Source: Dudresnaya verticillata
Lineage: Eukaryota
Assembly (NCBI GenBank): GCA_977862235.1
Contig: OZ374563.1
Coordinates: 868,001 to 932,000 of the forward strand
Reading direction: 5' to 3'
Length of the DNA stretch: 64,000 nucleotides
This document shows positions 12,101 to 23,922 of this stretch, in pieces. Positions within the stretch are counted from its first letter, which is position 1; each line of letters opens with the position of its first letter. The position numbers were made by a program, and so were the translations under genes. The notes under the pieces are model-generated. The model was not told the DNA's origin, searched no databases, and saw only the letters and a program-made list of their open reading frames with translations.

Positions 12101-13730
12101 ATTCGGCAGAACTGGAAACAAAACGCATGACAGGTAAACGCTGTTTTGGCCTTATCTTCCGCTGCTACGGGTATTTGCCAGTAGCCCGAATTACAATTGA
12201 GAGTTGTAAAGTACTGGGCGTCGCCCAATGAGTCTAAGCACTCATCCATTCGAGGTAGAGGATATGAATCCTTAATTTTGATCGCATTCAGTTTCCTGTA
12301 ATCGACATAGAAACGGAGAGATCCATCTGGCTTCTTAACCAGTACTACTGGGCCTGCAAACTCCGAGCGCGCAGGCTCTATGACTCCTTCCTTGAGCATC
12401 TTATCGACTTCGTCTTGTTCCGCTTGTCGCGCTTTCGGTCCTGACCGATATGGTTGGGCAAATACGGGTTTGGAACCGTCAGTAAGCTCGATGCGATGCT
12501 CTGTGACTTTGATGGTCCCGAGCTTTCCGCTCCACATGTCAGCGAACGGTCATAGCATTTTGCGGACGCGACGTCTGTCAGACGCAGAGAGGTGTTCCAG
12601 TGTCAGGTCGTCGACTGTTAGGTTTTCGGTAGCGGTTTTAACGCCTGGCTTCGAGTCGGCAACGCCGAGAGCAGCAGCTAGTCCTGCCCCCTACATCGAA
12701 GGATGTTTCTGACTTAGGACTCGAGTCTTTCGACGTGGGGACTGGGGTGTCAGGGACATTGTCGATGGAAACCGAATAGACCGGCGTGGCCGTAGGAGCT
12801 GGGATGGCTCGGCCAATTACTGGTTCTTGTTGAGTCGCTGTAAGCGGGATGAAAAGTTGGCGATCTTTTCGCGGAAAAGAACGTTCTCTTGAAGCGTGAC
12901 GATTCCGTTCGTGACGACCACTTGTTGACGGTCATACAGCCGTTGAAAAGAATCCAGGAAGTGAATTCCTTTAGCCGCACACGTGACGGCGACCCAGGTT
13001 TCCGAACCGGGTTTCAAATTAGTAGTTAGGGCAACTCTGACGAGTCGCGAGTTAGGTAGAGGAGGTACCTCCATAGGTTCTCCAGAGCTTTCAGCTCGCG
13101 GGATTCCGCAGCGGCGGCGTAGGATCGGGTGCACCGAGCCGTCTCGAAGGACGACGTGTTGCTTGCGCACTCGTAACCCGTCGACGTGGGTATCGATATA
13201 GGTACAACCCAAAATCATATCCACGGCTAAAGCCTTGACTACGAAGAACGGTTGACGAACCGTATAGGTCCCAATCCTGACGACCAGGGAGATCATCCCC
13301 AAGTTAGTTAGTCGGTGGCTCGATGCTGAGGTTAAGTTAACGATCGAACGGTTCGATGAAATCTTCTTTCTGTCTTCCAAAGATAGCACATCTGCTCTGA
13401 TGAGGTTAGGGCCCGCGCCCGTGTCCAGTACTGAGAGGACTTGAGTTAAATGTTCAACAGAGGTCCCAACGGACGCGACAACTTTATAGTTGTATCGCGA
13501 GAGAGAGCAGATTGGGTCCTTAACATACTCATGATACTTAGACCCGGGGGTAAGCCCACGGGGCGTGCTAATATCTTCTTTGGAAGAAGAGGCGGAAGTT
13601 TCGGTGACACCGATCGGTCGGTTGAGGAAGCGCTTAGGAAGTCACATTCCTCCGAACGATCGGGGGGTTCCGATATGACTGATACGACCGGAGTCGCCCA
13701 GTAAACCGAAACCGGTTCCCCCCTAGCTAG
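9147..13730 (-). pseudogene. pol: Element B pol: protease-RT-RNase H-integrase-chromodomain, with frameshifts
   Basis: VLDTGAGPN protease (~13430); RT YLDD; RNase H DTDACDY...EKECLAVVW; integrase HHCC and DILGP...DRFSK...SDNGSQF...TERFNRT; chromodomain VYDKLVDY..CKVRWY...DTWEP in ORF 9887-9147. First RT catalytic Asp reads N (TTLNCNSG vs TTLDCNSG in C). Confidence 0.92.
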
Positions 13731-16440
13731 TTTTTCGGCCTACTAGCAGGAGACCGCGGTAGCGGTGGAGGTGGCGGAAGGGTTCGGGACCCTGGTCTTG
13801 GCGAGTGTGGCGCCGTCGGTTGCTGTCGCGGCGCGTCCACTGGGTGGTTCAACCCTCCTTGAAATTGGACATGGGTATTTCTACCGGGGGCCGGCCCCAA
13901 ATTTTGGGGAGGCCCTCTCGATGGCCCTGCTCCACGTTCTGACGATGCATAATCGTGATGCTCCGTGCGGGTGTTCCCGTTTGCAAATTCGGGCAGGCGC
14001 CCGATGGTGGCTAACCATGCCTTCTGTTCGCGGGACAGTTCGTAAAACTGCTGGCGTTTTAAAGCTTCAAATGACGGTTCATCCGTACGAGACAAATAGG
14101 GGCAATTAGGCTTTTTATGACCTACGCCAGGACACTCAAAGCGGATGTCGTTTGGCATGTCCTCGACAGTCACCCATCCCGGACGTTGAGTCCTCGTAGG
14201 TTGTGCCCATGCAGGTAGCCTGTTATTGTAGTTCTGAAGAACGGCGTCGACTTCTCCGTAGTACGGCCGGTCGCTTGGCACACCCGACCCCGTGTCTGAT
14301 TGGGTTACTGTAGAGGGTGGCGCTTCGCTATCAATGGCTGCTACGACAGCGTCTTCACTGTCCGCGTCAGAGCTAGTGCTCTTTGAGGTGTCCGAATCCG
14401 AGGACCGCTGAGTGCTATTTTGACGAATGAGGAGGGCGCGTCCTGACTTGTGAGTCCTCACCCGAGCCAGGGTTTTGTGAGATAGCGCTGAGCTCGCTTT
14501 CCGAAGACGTCCGCCACCCGCTAGGGCGCGGTGTGAATCTCCTTGCGCTGTCGCCAGCTCCACATAATCCGCCAATCGCACAGAGCGAGGATCCAAAGCC
14601 GACGTGCTCAAGAGTGGTTTGACCGCTGGTAGTAATCCACGTATAAAACGAGTTATCAAGTCCTGTTCGGAGTAAACTCCAGCGACCTTTCGCGCCTTGT
14701 TTTGCAGACGTCTAGAAAACGAAACTTCATCCTCGGCCGACTCTTGAGTCATCATATCCATTTCTGAAGAAATCTTCTCGATGTATACATCCTTGGCGTA
14801 GGTACGCAGAAGATAATTGATGGCTTCCGGCCATTCGTTGAATCCGCCGTTATCGTCTCCGGCTGCATCAAAGTTCGCCTCGAACATGTCCTTTGCATCC
14901 TTTTCAAGGAACTTGGGTATGACCAGGATGGCCGCACCTTCACTCACTTGAGCTTGATCAAGCTTTCGCTTTAAGGTGGCTAGAAAGCCAATAATAGCAA
15001 CAGGGTCACTCCCATCGAATCTTCGACTCCTCATCACAGATTTAATCCGTTTAATCTTCTTCGACGTGGCTTCGGTCAACTCGGATCCTCGATATGAATC
15101 GACGTTCAGTAACCGATATCTCCTGTATGAAAGGACCTGGGTAAAAGCAGGGTTTCGCGGAGTTAACTCCTTGATTCCGGCTCGTCGGGGTCCTCGCCAG
15201 GAACTCCAAGAAGGTCTGGAGAGGCCTCTAGACGTCGGTTCGTCCTCATCCGATTGCATCGGGGTATGATGCACGCGGCTTTGACGTTGTTCGTCCAACC
15301 TACGGCTAGAGAGCCGGTCTTGTCGGGAGTCCTTGGGATTGCGGCATGCGTTTGATCCGTGAGCTGTCCGGCAATCACACCGGCGGTGTTCAGACCTCCC
15401 ACGACCAAAGTCGTCGTTCCCGGACTCAACATCCGAGTTTCGTCTCGGAGATGTCCTGCGACGGTCCCTCGTACCGCGGGGCACAGGGGAGCGTCGCCGC
15501 TCGACCTCGGGGATTAAATCCCTCTCGTGGCTAAGTCGCCGCATCCTTGCTTCCAGCAATGACACCTTCCGCTTTCTGCATCAACCTCTTGTCTTAAGAG
15601 CTCGATCGCTCTGTCTTTTTCCACACACCTTGTGTCGTCTACGTTTCTACGAACGTCTTCTATAGCCATTACGGCTTCCTCTCGAGTGAGGTCGGTAACC
15701 TTGGTAAGCGTATGGAGATTTCCATGGACGGCGTCCAACTGGTCGCCCAGTGAATCAACCTGTGCTTGCAGAGTTTCGACCCTTTCTTCTTCCAATCCTC
15801 TTGAAAGAGGACCTTGTTGGAATCGAGATACGATCTCTTGTTGACACTTAGCCAACAGGCGGTCGTCACGGCGCGCCGACGCCTCGTCGAAATATCTCTT
15901 CACCTTTGAAAAGGTATCATCGGCTTGGCTTTCCAGGAGCGCTACAACGCTCGTCGTTAATGACCGTTCGATTCCCAATTCGACCAGGCGCCCTATTTCA
16001 CGTTCCGTGAAGCAGCGCGCACCCGACGAATTGTAATTCGTTCTTGGCGGCGGCCCCACGTCCGGGGTCGCCGAGTTTTCTTCTTCTAGGGCACGTCCAC
16101 CCTCGGCTTGTAGACTGGCTAAAGCCATGGATGGCGGCATCGTTTCAGGGTTCGAACCCAAATTCTCCCCGTTGTCAGCGGGGAGATCTCCGACGGTTCG
16201 AACCGTAGTTTCTCCTTCCGGGACCAGATACACACCTGGCCCCGGGACTTCTTCTCCAGCCGGGGCGCCTGTCATTCTTAGCGGACGTTCCGGCTCATCC
16301 ATTTCCGGATTTCTTATAAGGGCGGTTGAAACCGCGCAGGTGCGAGCCCCAATCGTCCTTACGGATGCAAGACTGCCAGACCGGCCAGCTCCTCGGCTCG
16401 TGATCCCGGGCCGGGTAGTGTCGCCATTAGATGTTGGCAT
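13727..16440 (-). pseudogene. gag: Element B gag, split by a frameshift near 15514-15565
   Basis: ORFs 16440-15514 and 15565-13727; IKELTP.NP.F..VLSYRRYRL and FDGSDP motifs shared with A/C gag; degenerate knuckle RFECPGVGHKKPNC. Confidence 0.85.
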
Positions 16441-16824
16441 CTTCTTGGAATTTTCGGCTCTGCAGACGAGGCAACGGGGACTTCTTCCCAGGCTTCTCGA
16501 CGGTTCGGAACCGTAGCGTTACACGTGTTTTCTCAGGATGCACGGAAAACCTGTTGAAGTAGCTCAACCCGGGCGTCAGTCCGACGTTGAAAGGTACTTC
16601 TATGGACGGTCAAAAACCGTAAACGTAGTTTGCTTGCTCACAAGATTTGACGTAACTCCGGAGCTTGAAATAAAGCGTAGAAACCGTCGACAATTAGACG
16701 ACTAGGGTTTTACCCTTCGAGAGGAAGAATTCTTGAAACTTCAACGGACTAACCGTCCTGTCTTGAGCGTCTTGATTCGACCCGTCGGGGGTAAGGTAGT
16801 AAAAGGGTCAACCCAGAGAACTTG

Positions 16825-16842
16825 TTCTAGGTCGGGAGACCA
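16825..16842 (-). promoter_or_regulatory. Primer-binding site of B (TGGTCTCCCGACCTAGAA)
   Basis: Lies 1 nt inside the 5' LTR; same 18-mer as A and C. Confidence 0.82.
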
Positions 16843-16843
16843 C

Positions 16844-17482
16844 TGTAGTAGAATGGCTTTCAAGCAAGAGTAGACGGCCACACAGCACGACAGTTGTCCT
16901 GAAAGCGTGATCCCACTCGCGTGGTTGGTAGCTCCAAATGGGGTGGTAGAGACTTGAGAGGGCGGCAAGCCCTGCAAAAGAGGGGGAAAAGGGAAGGCGA
17001 ACCGTACTGCTTAGAGCAGTCGTCGTAGGTAGCACGGCTTGTAAACGCCTAACGGGGGTTGTAGCGGTGATACCGTGAGAGTCCAACAAAGGGGAAAAAC
17101 CCAAGGCATACACCGCTGCTCGTTTAGTGCGGGGCCCCTGCTACTCAGGGGCCTAATAAATACGGCGGGAGCCGAAAAGGTACTACCCGCTCAGTTAGAG
17201 CTATAATGCTAACAGTGAGCTAATACTGTACACTAACAGTTACACTAGCGATTAAAAATAGGAATGAGCGGTCATACCGCTTCCGTACGTACGGCGCCAT
17301 TGTAAGGCGCCACGCCCAAAATAGACGTGCCATCATGGCGCGTATCCACCACTCAGCGCGCATAGTGCTCACGTAGTTAATTGTCCAATGGCGAGCAGCC
17401 ATCTCACTCCTGTATCCCACGCCTTACAGGCGTCGCGTGTACACGTGGCTCCTTACAGCGCCCCAGCGCTCGTTATAACACA
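16844..17482 (-). repeat. Element B 5' LTR (639 bp)
   Basis: Direct repeat of 4196-4833. Confidence 0.93.
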
Positions 17483-17975
17483 CGGCGGCAGGCGCGGTGC
17501 GCGGGAACTCAGGACGCGTGTCGCGTCGTCGAGTGTCTGACACGTCGTCGTCGCCATGCAGCCGCGCGCGCGGGAGCTCAGGAGTAGCTTACAGGCGCAT
17601 GCGTGTAGCATTGCGGGTGATCCGGATTCGGATCCAGATCCCTGCCACCATTGCTGGCGCGCGGCCCTTACAGGCGCGCCCCTTACATCACTGTGGATCC
17701 CGATGCCGGATCCCGATGTCCCATCCAGATCCGATCCGGATCCGGGCCAAGCTTACAGGCGTGCGCCTTGCGCCTGGCCGATCCGGATCGTGCATCTGGA
17801 TCTGGCCGTACAGTGGGCGCGTGCGCCGCGCCGCGCGGGGTAACGGCGGCCGTATGCCCGTGGGCCAATCGTCCACGACGTGTTCGCGCGCCAACGGCGG
17901 TCGACGTGCCGTCGGTAGACGTTGGCATATAATACGCTCACAGCGAAAAAGGGGCAGCCCTCCCCTTGCACCACA
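17483..17975 (-). repeat. Element A 5' LTR, 5' portion (U3)
   Basis: Same terminus as the C LTR (TGTGGTGCAAGGGGAGG), GATCCGGATC-rich; rejoins 3838-4195 when B is removed. Confidence 0.85.
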
Positions 17976-20076
17976 GATACGTGCTGAATTGCATGAGACC
18001 AGTACTCAAGTGGCAATTTAGACTGAATCAAGCATGTACGAGCTGCTGATAGCAGAATACCTTGTGTTCTTTCTACTAAACCATTGGATTGTGGCGTATA
18101 AGGAGTAGAGGTAGATACAGTAATACCTTCATCTTGAAACATTTTCGCAGCTTTCAGAAATTCTGACCCGCCATCTGTATGCAAAGACTTCAACAGTTCT
18201 CCTGTCTGTCTCTCGAATGTTTTCATGAAGTTGATCAGTAATTCAGATGCCTCTGACTTGCGTTCCATTAGATAAACTTCTACATATCGTGACATTTCAT
18301 CAATGACTGTCATAAAATATTGATATCCCTCAACAGACTTAGGGTCAACCTTTCCGACTAAGTCGACATGAATAAAACCAGGCTTCTCTGCTCTTGTAAT
18401 CTTACCTTTAAAGAAGCGCTTAAATTTCCCTTTTAGGCATGGTTCACATAGTAAATTTCCTTGGAGAGCTGCGGTAGCACTCCACTCTTGATAAGGGATT
18501 CAATATCTTTTGTGTTCCCGAGATGACCTAGTCGGTAGTGCCATTTCTGCACACTCGAGTTGCCAGTCTGCTGAGAGGTTGTTTCTAAAATTGGGACGGA
18601 GGATATGTAAGTGAGATTTATGGTCTCAGATGCAGCGCCGATGTCGCTTTCTGTCTCAGAATCACAATCCGAATTGTAATCAAAGTCGTCGCTTTCGGAT
18701 TCACAACCGTCCTCAGAGCTCCACAACTCTGGCATATCGTCAGCATCTTATTCAGTATCTGATATGTCATCTGACAGTGTGACATGGCTTCCAACTACGG
18801 CTCGCATGGCCTGAGTGAGAGGCTTTTCATTCCTTGTACAGTACTTTTTGCACGGTGTATCATCCATAGGAATATAAAATAGTCCATCACATGCTTTGAA
18901 TGCTGATCCAATTTCTCGGAGGTTATCTTCTATATCCAAAATAATTGCTCTTTCCGGCAGGAAAAGCACACAAAACCCCTTTTCAGTCAATGCTGGTATT
19001 GATAGTAGCGGCATGGCAAGCTTCGGTGCGACAAGTGTGTCTGAAAGGTTGACTTCCGTTTCAATCCCGTTAGATTTCCACAATACTTTGCTAGATCCTC
19101 TATGGGTCGCTGTAATCTCCGAGTCGTCTCCTAGAGAGATTGGAACTTTGCAGATGGCTGTATCGTTCACTGATAGTACGTCATTAGGCATGTGAGTACT
19201 TGTCCCAGAATCCAGCATCATCAGCTTTTCCTTTTGGGAGTTGGCCAAGTTCACTCGAGCCACGGCGGCCCTTTTCTTCCTTCTATCTTTCTTGTCATCG
19301 TTATCATATTTCTGTTGTTGGTGAGATTCTTTTCCACTTCCGTTTGGTATATTAGAACTGTCCTTATTGATATTAAGTCTATTCTGTGGACTATTTGGAT
19401 TTTACCAACACTTATCAATGGTATGTCCCTTCTTCTTGCAGAGTTCACAGCTTTTCTGCATTTGTGATACACGCTCCTTGATTTTTATCTGTCCTGCCAG
19501 GCTCTGATGTTCTTCCAATAATCTTGCAGTAATCTTTTCCCAAGACAAAGATTCATCTGATAGTGTTTTGACTGCAGCTGCGACCGCATTTAGCTCCGGT
19601 GCTTTAATGGAAGAAACAAGTAGTGCAATGGACAATTCATCAGGAATCGGGTTTCGCATGCTTTGTAGTTGCTCAAGAACTGCTGCCATCTGATCTATGT
19701 GAGAAGCCATACTTTTCGTGATACTTTCATTTCGCATGCTGATCAACTCGGTCATTTTGGAGATTCTTGATGCTGCGGATTTAGAATCTTACCTTTCATC
19801 CTGTTTCTGTATCATCCTGAAAGGTTTATTAATTTCAGCACGAACCACACGAAGGGCCTTATCGGAGAGCGAAGCCACAATAATATGACTGGCTTTCTTC
19901 TGATCGGCGTTGAACTTGTCTTGAGTAGTGGTACACTCGCTTGTCCATTTTTCGTGAGAGAGAACTTCTTCGATCCCCTTACTGTCGCATGCCGCCGAGA
20001 TACGAATTCGCCAAAGACGGTAGTCGTTTTTCTCATCAAGTGGCTTGATTCGGACCTTCTCCGCATGTTCAGACAT
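17976..20076 (-). pseudogene. Copia gag-protease-integrase polyprotein, disrupted
   Basis: NDYRLWRIRI gag start; CELCKKKGHTIDKC knuckle; MLDSGTSTHM protease; WHYRLGH; IDEMSRY...HTDGGSEF...PYTPQSNGLVER integrase core; several stops and frameshifts. Confidence 0.9.
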
Positions 20077-20124
20077 TTCTTCAGTATTTCAGTTTCGTAA
20101 AACAAGTATGCTAGAGGCTTGCGT

Positions 20125-20138
20125 CTGGGCCCATAACC
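20125..20138 (-). promoter_or_regulatory. Copia PBS GGTTATGGGCCCAG, complementary to the initiator tRNA-Met anticodon arm
   Basis: Directly abuts the LTR end; matches the internal tRNAi-Met PBS type known from Drosophila copia and similar elements. Confidence 0.85.
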
Positions 20139-20331
20139 TTTTTGAAAAAGTGGCGTCGCTTTTACTTGTTATGTCTTGGATCTTATGGACTTGCTAGTCT
20201 CTGATCCTTTTATATGCATCTGAATAGTTTTCCAAGCTACAATAAACATGAAGTGAAGTGTAAAAGTCAGTAGCTGTCGATAGTACAAGGATACAACAAT
20301 ATTTGTTGTTTGTAGTGTTACATATCAAACA
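20139..20331 (-). repeat. Copia 5' LTR (~193 bp)
   Basis: On - begins TGTTTGA and ends TCAAAAA (imperfect terminal IR) directly before the PBS; partner LTR is not in the window. Confidence 0.65.
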
Positions 20332-20336
20332 CTTTG

Positions 20337-21232
20337 TGTGGTGCAAGGGGAGGCGAGCCCTTTTTCGCTGAAAGCGGTCGGACTAAATACGTCGACCGAC
20401 GGAGAAACCGCCACCGGCGCTCACCACCGCCGTTGGCGCGCGAACACGTCATCAACGGCTTGCTGAGGCGCGCGCGCGCACTGCGCGCCGCGCGCCACGC
20501 GGGCACCGTACAGTGCTGGGCCAACCTGGTGCCCCGGGGCACTGTAGCACGGATCCGGATGCGATCCGGATCCGGCATCCAGATTGGCTATCTGGATCGC
20601 CTAAGCTGTAAGCTATGCGTCTGTAAGGCTGCGGGTATCAGCATTGCTGGCCCGATCCGGATGGGATCAGGATCGGACAAGTACCAGATTAGATCTAAGG
20701 CGCACGCTCTACAGTGCGCGCGCATGCGCGGCTGTAAGACAAACGCGTCCACGTGTACGTGTAAGCACCCACACAGGGGATTGTGCGGCGGTCTATCAGA
20801 CGCGCGGCTGCATGCGACGCGTGATCTGTCAGACGCGCCTCGGGACGACACGTGTCCCGAGTTCCCGCGCTACACGCACGCCGCCGCGCCGCCGTACTAT
20901 ACTTAGGTAAGCCGTCCCAGACGTCACAGTAAACGCCCGGGCAAGCCGGCCTTGGTCCAGACTTCCCCGTTCCGCATGCGCGCATTCTACCGCTGCCTAC
21001 GGCTAAGCGTCTACCTCCCGTGCTTCCACGTCTACCATCGTCCTTGACGTGTTCCCTTTCTCTTTCCCTTTTCCTTCCTTTCCGCCTCGGGCGTTTACAG
21101 TCCGCCCAAAGCGTGCCCCTTTGCTCTACCACCAAGTCGCCCACGGCGGGTCTACCTACCGCCGAGGGCGCAGCTACCCACCGAGCCCCGAACTGCTCGG
21201 CGGTCCATCGTCTACAGACGTTTTGCACCACA
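20337..21232 (+). repeat. Element C 5' LTR
   Basis: Three substitutions seen versus 32817-33712. Confidence 0.96.
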
Positions 21233-21234
21233 TC

Positions 21235-21252
21235 TGGTCTCCCGACCTAGAA
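21235..21252 (+). promoter_or_regulatory. Primer-binding site of C (TGGTCTCCCGACCTAGAA)
   Basis: 2 nt after the LTR end; identical in A and B. Confidence 0.85.
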
Positions 21253-21358
21253 TTGTGCTACGTTTCAACGAGTTTCTCCGTCGCGCGACGTCCGACTCTC
21301 CGTCTCTGACGTTTGTCGCTAATCGTCCACGACGTTCAAGCAACTCTACGATTGTATC

Positions 21359-23922
21359 ATGGCCTCACGACCGCCGCCGTCGCGAGGCCCAAGTTCAAGA
21401 AGACCGTCTTCGACGCCTGGGAGTGTACCCGCGTCTGAACGGTCGCTACAGCGGATGACGACGAGGTCTGGGCGCCTCGTGAGCCCCGAGATCGCGTCGG
21501 CGTTCCCGACGCTACCCCCGGACCACGGCCACGCAGGCTCCCACGTGTCGCTCAACGGAGGAGAGTTACCTCCCCCGCCGACGCGCCACAACCCCGTCGT
21601 CGTCCGCACCTCCGTCCCCGAGGGATCGGCCCTCCGCACCTACCGCTCCTATGTTGACTCGGCTGATACAGTACAAGCCGAGCAACAGGACGTCGTAGAC
21701 GGAACACAAGCCGACATCGTCGCGGGACAACCGGAACTTCCGGATCAACCAACCAACCACGTCAACGACGACCAAGGGCGCTCCGCGGAGCGCGACGTCG
21801 CTCACGAACCATTGACACAAGGGGCATGTTGCCCCACTCCCCACGGCAGTGCCGGTTGTTCGCCGGCTCAGCCGAATTCGCCAAGTCAAAGGGCGCAAGG
21901 GACGCCCGACCGGTCAAACCGCGAAAGCCAACCGCCAACGGCGTCCCCCTCGGCCGTCCGCGTGAGTAACTTAACGATACCACGCGAACGGATCCGAGAG
22001 GTGTGCGTCTTAGAGGACGATGCGATGCTCGCTCGATTCGCCGGGTTGCTGGACGACAGTGTCGGAGGAATCGCAAGTCGTCTACAGATGTTGGAAGAGG
22101 ATTGGAACGGCGCCCTACAAGGGCTTCGATCCGACCTCGACCGTCTATTGACGAACCAAAACGCCCAAGGCGAAGGTACACAACCACCGCCGGCAGTAAC
22201 GGTTCATTCGCACTCCGAGCTTAGCTCACGCGAACGCTTTCAGCGACTTGCGACCCGCTTAGAGCGTCTCGAAACCGCCAAGTAGCGCAGTGGTCCGCCG
22301 TCAGGTGACAAGAGCTCAGGCGAGGATCGTCACAGACGTAAGGACCGGAAGAAACGCCGTCGGAAGCTGCGTCAGAGACGGAAGAAGAACCGTCGTCGAC
22401 GTGGGGACTCATCCTCGTCCTCTTCGGACTCGTCAAGTGACGGAGAGTCATCGGACTCTTCGTCTGAAGACGACGACTTCCCAACTCTCGGCAGTGCCGC
22501 AAGACCTCGCGGAAAGCGGTTCAAGGGGTTGAAGGAGCTACCCCCCTCCAACCCCCTTTTTGATCAGCTATTATCGTACCGGACTTACCGTCTCAAAGAC
22601 GTAGGACAAAAACGCTCAGAGCGCGATACGGGCAAGGTCAAGGACCACATTAAGCGACTGGAGCTGACCATGAAGGACGCCGCCTTCAACGGCAGCGACC
22701 CCGTCATGGTCATCGAGTTCCTGACGCGTTACGCGGATGAAGCCGATACGCTGGAGATGAGCGAAGCCCAAGCGTTCGTCGCGCTGCCGTACTTCCTGCG
22801 AGGTACGGCAGCCACGCAATTCCGCTCCGTCAAGTCGACGTCTTCTCGCCATCGCGGTGGGGTGTCTTCGTATCCGGAGGCGGTACAGTACCTCCTCCGT
22901 ACGTATGCTACGCCAGTGGCGATCAGGGACGCTGTCCTCGCCCTACGGTCAACTGCCCAAAAGCAAGGCGAGGACGAGACGACCTATTGGATGCGGCTAG
23001 CCGGTGCGTGTATTCGTTGCGGTAACGTATATCCCGATTGGGAAAAGATGACGCTGTACATCGACGGGTTAGACCCGTCGATCAGGTCCCTGGTCGCTCG
23101 CTTTCGAGAAGAAACGCCAAGGGCGGAGTTCTCATTTGAGCGGCTGGTCCACTTCGCACAGGACGAAGGGGATGCCAACCGCGCACGACACGGCAGAGCC
23201 GGTTCCGCGTCAGCACGACGTGATCTACTGACACCGGCTCAAGCCGTACGCACCCCGCGATCCGCCATCGGCGATGCCCGAGGGGTACTGCGTCCACAGA
23301 CGAGAGGCGCCAAGCTTGGAGCGCGCGCTATGATAGCGGAGTCCTCCATCGAGTTCCGAGACGTTAGTCGACCTGTCGATGACATGGAAACACACGCCGA
23401 AGGCGATTTGTACTTGGCAGACGAGCAAGCGTCGGTGCCAACCTCAGCTCTACCGACGGACAGCTACGTCGATGACGAGGACGAAAGGGATATGGACCCT
23501 GCTCTCGCCTTTGGGCGCTCGGTCGTACCAGCGCCACGCGTCCCTATTCCGAGTATGCTCCTCACGTCCACCGGGCAAGGCCCGGATGGCAGGACAGAGG
23601 TCCGCCCCGTCAAGACGCGCGTCGGCAGCTGGTATGCCACCAATGCTACGCCCGCGGACACATCGCGCCGGACTGCTTCCTCCGCATGAGCGACTTCATG
23701 AAGGTTATTACCAACTATGAAGGACTAACGGAAGCCGAGAAGGCTGGTGTCCCCGCTGATGCGTATGTACGTTGCAAGGAACGCGCGACCCGCGATGCTG
23801 CTCGCCGTGCTGCACGACCACAATCGCCACGAGGCGGACCCATGCCGCACGCGACAGAACGTCATCCGACGATGATCAATCGCTATGAAGCGCCACAACC
23901 ACCGCCACAGGCGAAAAACTAA
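21359..23922 (+). pseudogene. gag: Element C gag (internal TAG 22283-22285, frameshift near 23543)
   Basis: ORFs 21359-22285, 22529-23689, 23686-23922; CHQCYARGHIAPDC knuckle in the shifted frame; ends GCG AAA AAC TAA. Confidence 0.88.

Larger units (their letters stand above)
4196..17482 (-). mobile_element. Full-length Ty3/gypsy chromodomain-integrase LTR retrotransposon B (~13.3 kb) with antisense extra ORF
   Basis: Two near-identical LTRs (4196-4833, 16844-17482) with TG..CA ends, PBS 16825-16842, PPT next to 4834, gag then PR-RT-RH-INT-chromodomain, imperfect 5-bp TSD CGGAG (4191-4195)/CGGCG (17483-17487). Confidence 0.93.
1..17975 (-). mobile_element. Ty3/gypsy LTR retrotransposon A (same family as C); 5' part only, runs off the left edge; its 5' LTR is interrupted by element B
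   Basis: 5' LTR begins TGTGGTGCAAGGGGAGG at 17975 (-) and ends ...TTTTGCACCACA at 3838. PBS follows. gag and protease are closely similar to C (21233-25070). Flank GATAC at 17976-17980 is the candidate TSD. Confidence 0.9.
17976..20331 (-). mobile_element. Ty1/copia retrotransposon with half-tRNA (Hemivirus-type) PBS; 5' part, interrupted in the integrase by A
   Basis: Lower GC than neighbours; short LTR 20139-20331; PBS GGTTATGGGCCCAG; gag-protease-integrase order. Confidence 0.9.

Noticed and set aside
20334..21309. ORFs within LTRs (190, 178 aa; also 202 and 284 aa at the 3' LTR)
   Set aside because: Not conserved in the related LTR of A; they recur only because the LTR is duplicated.
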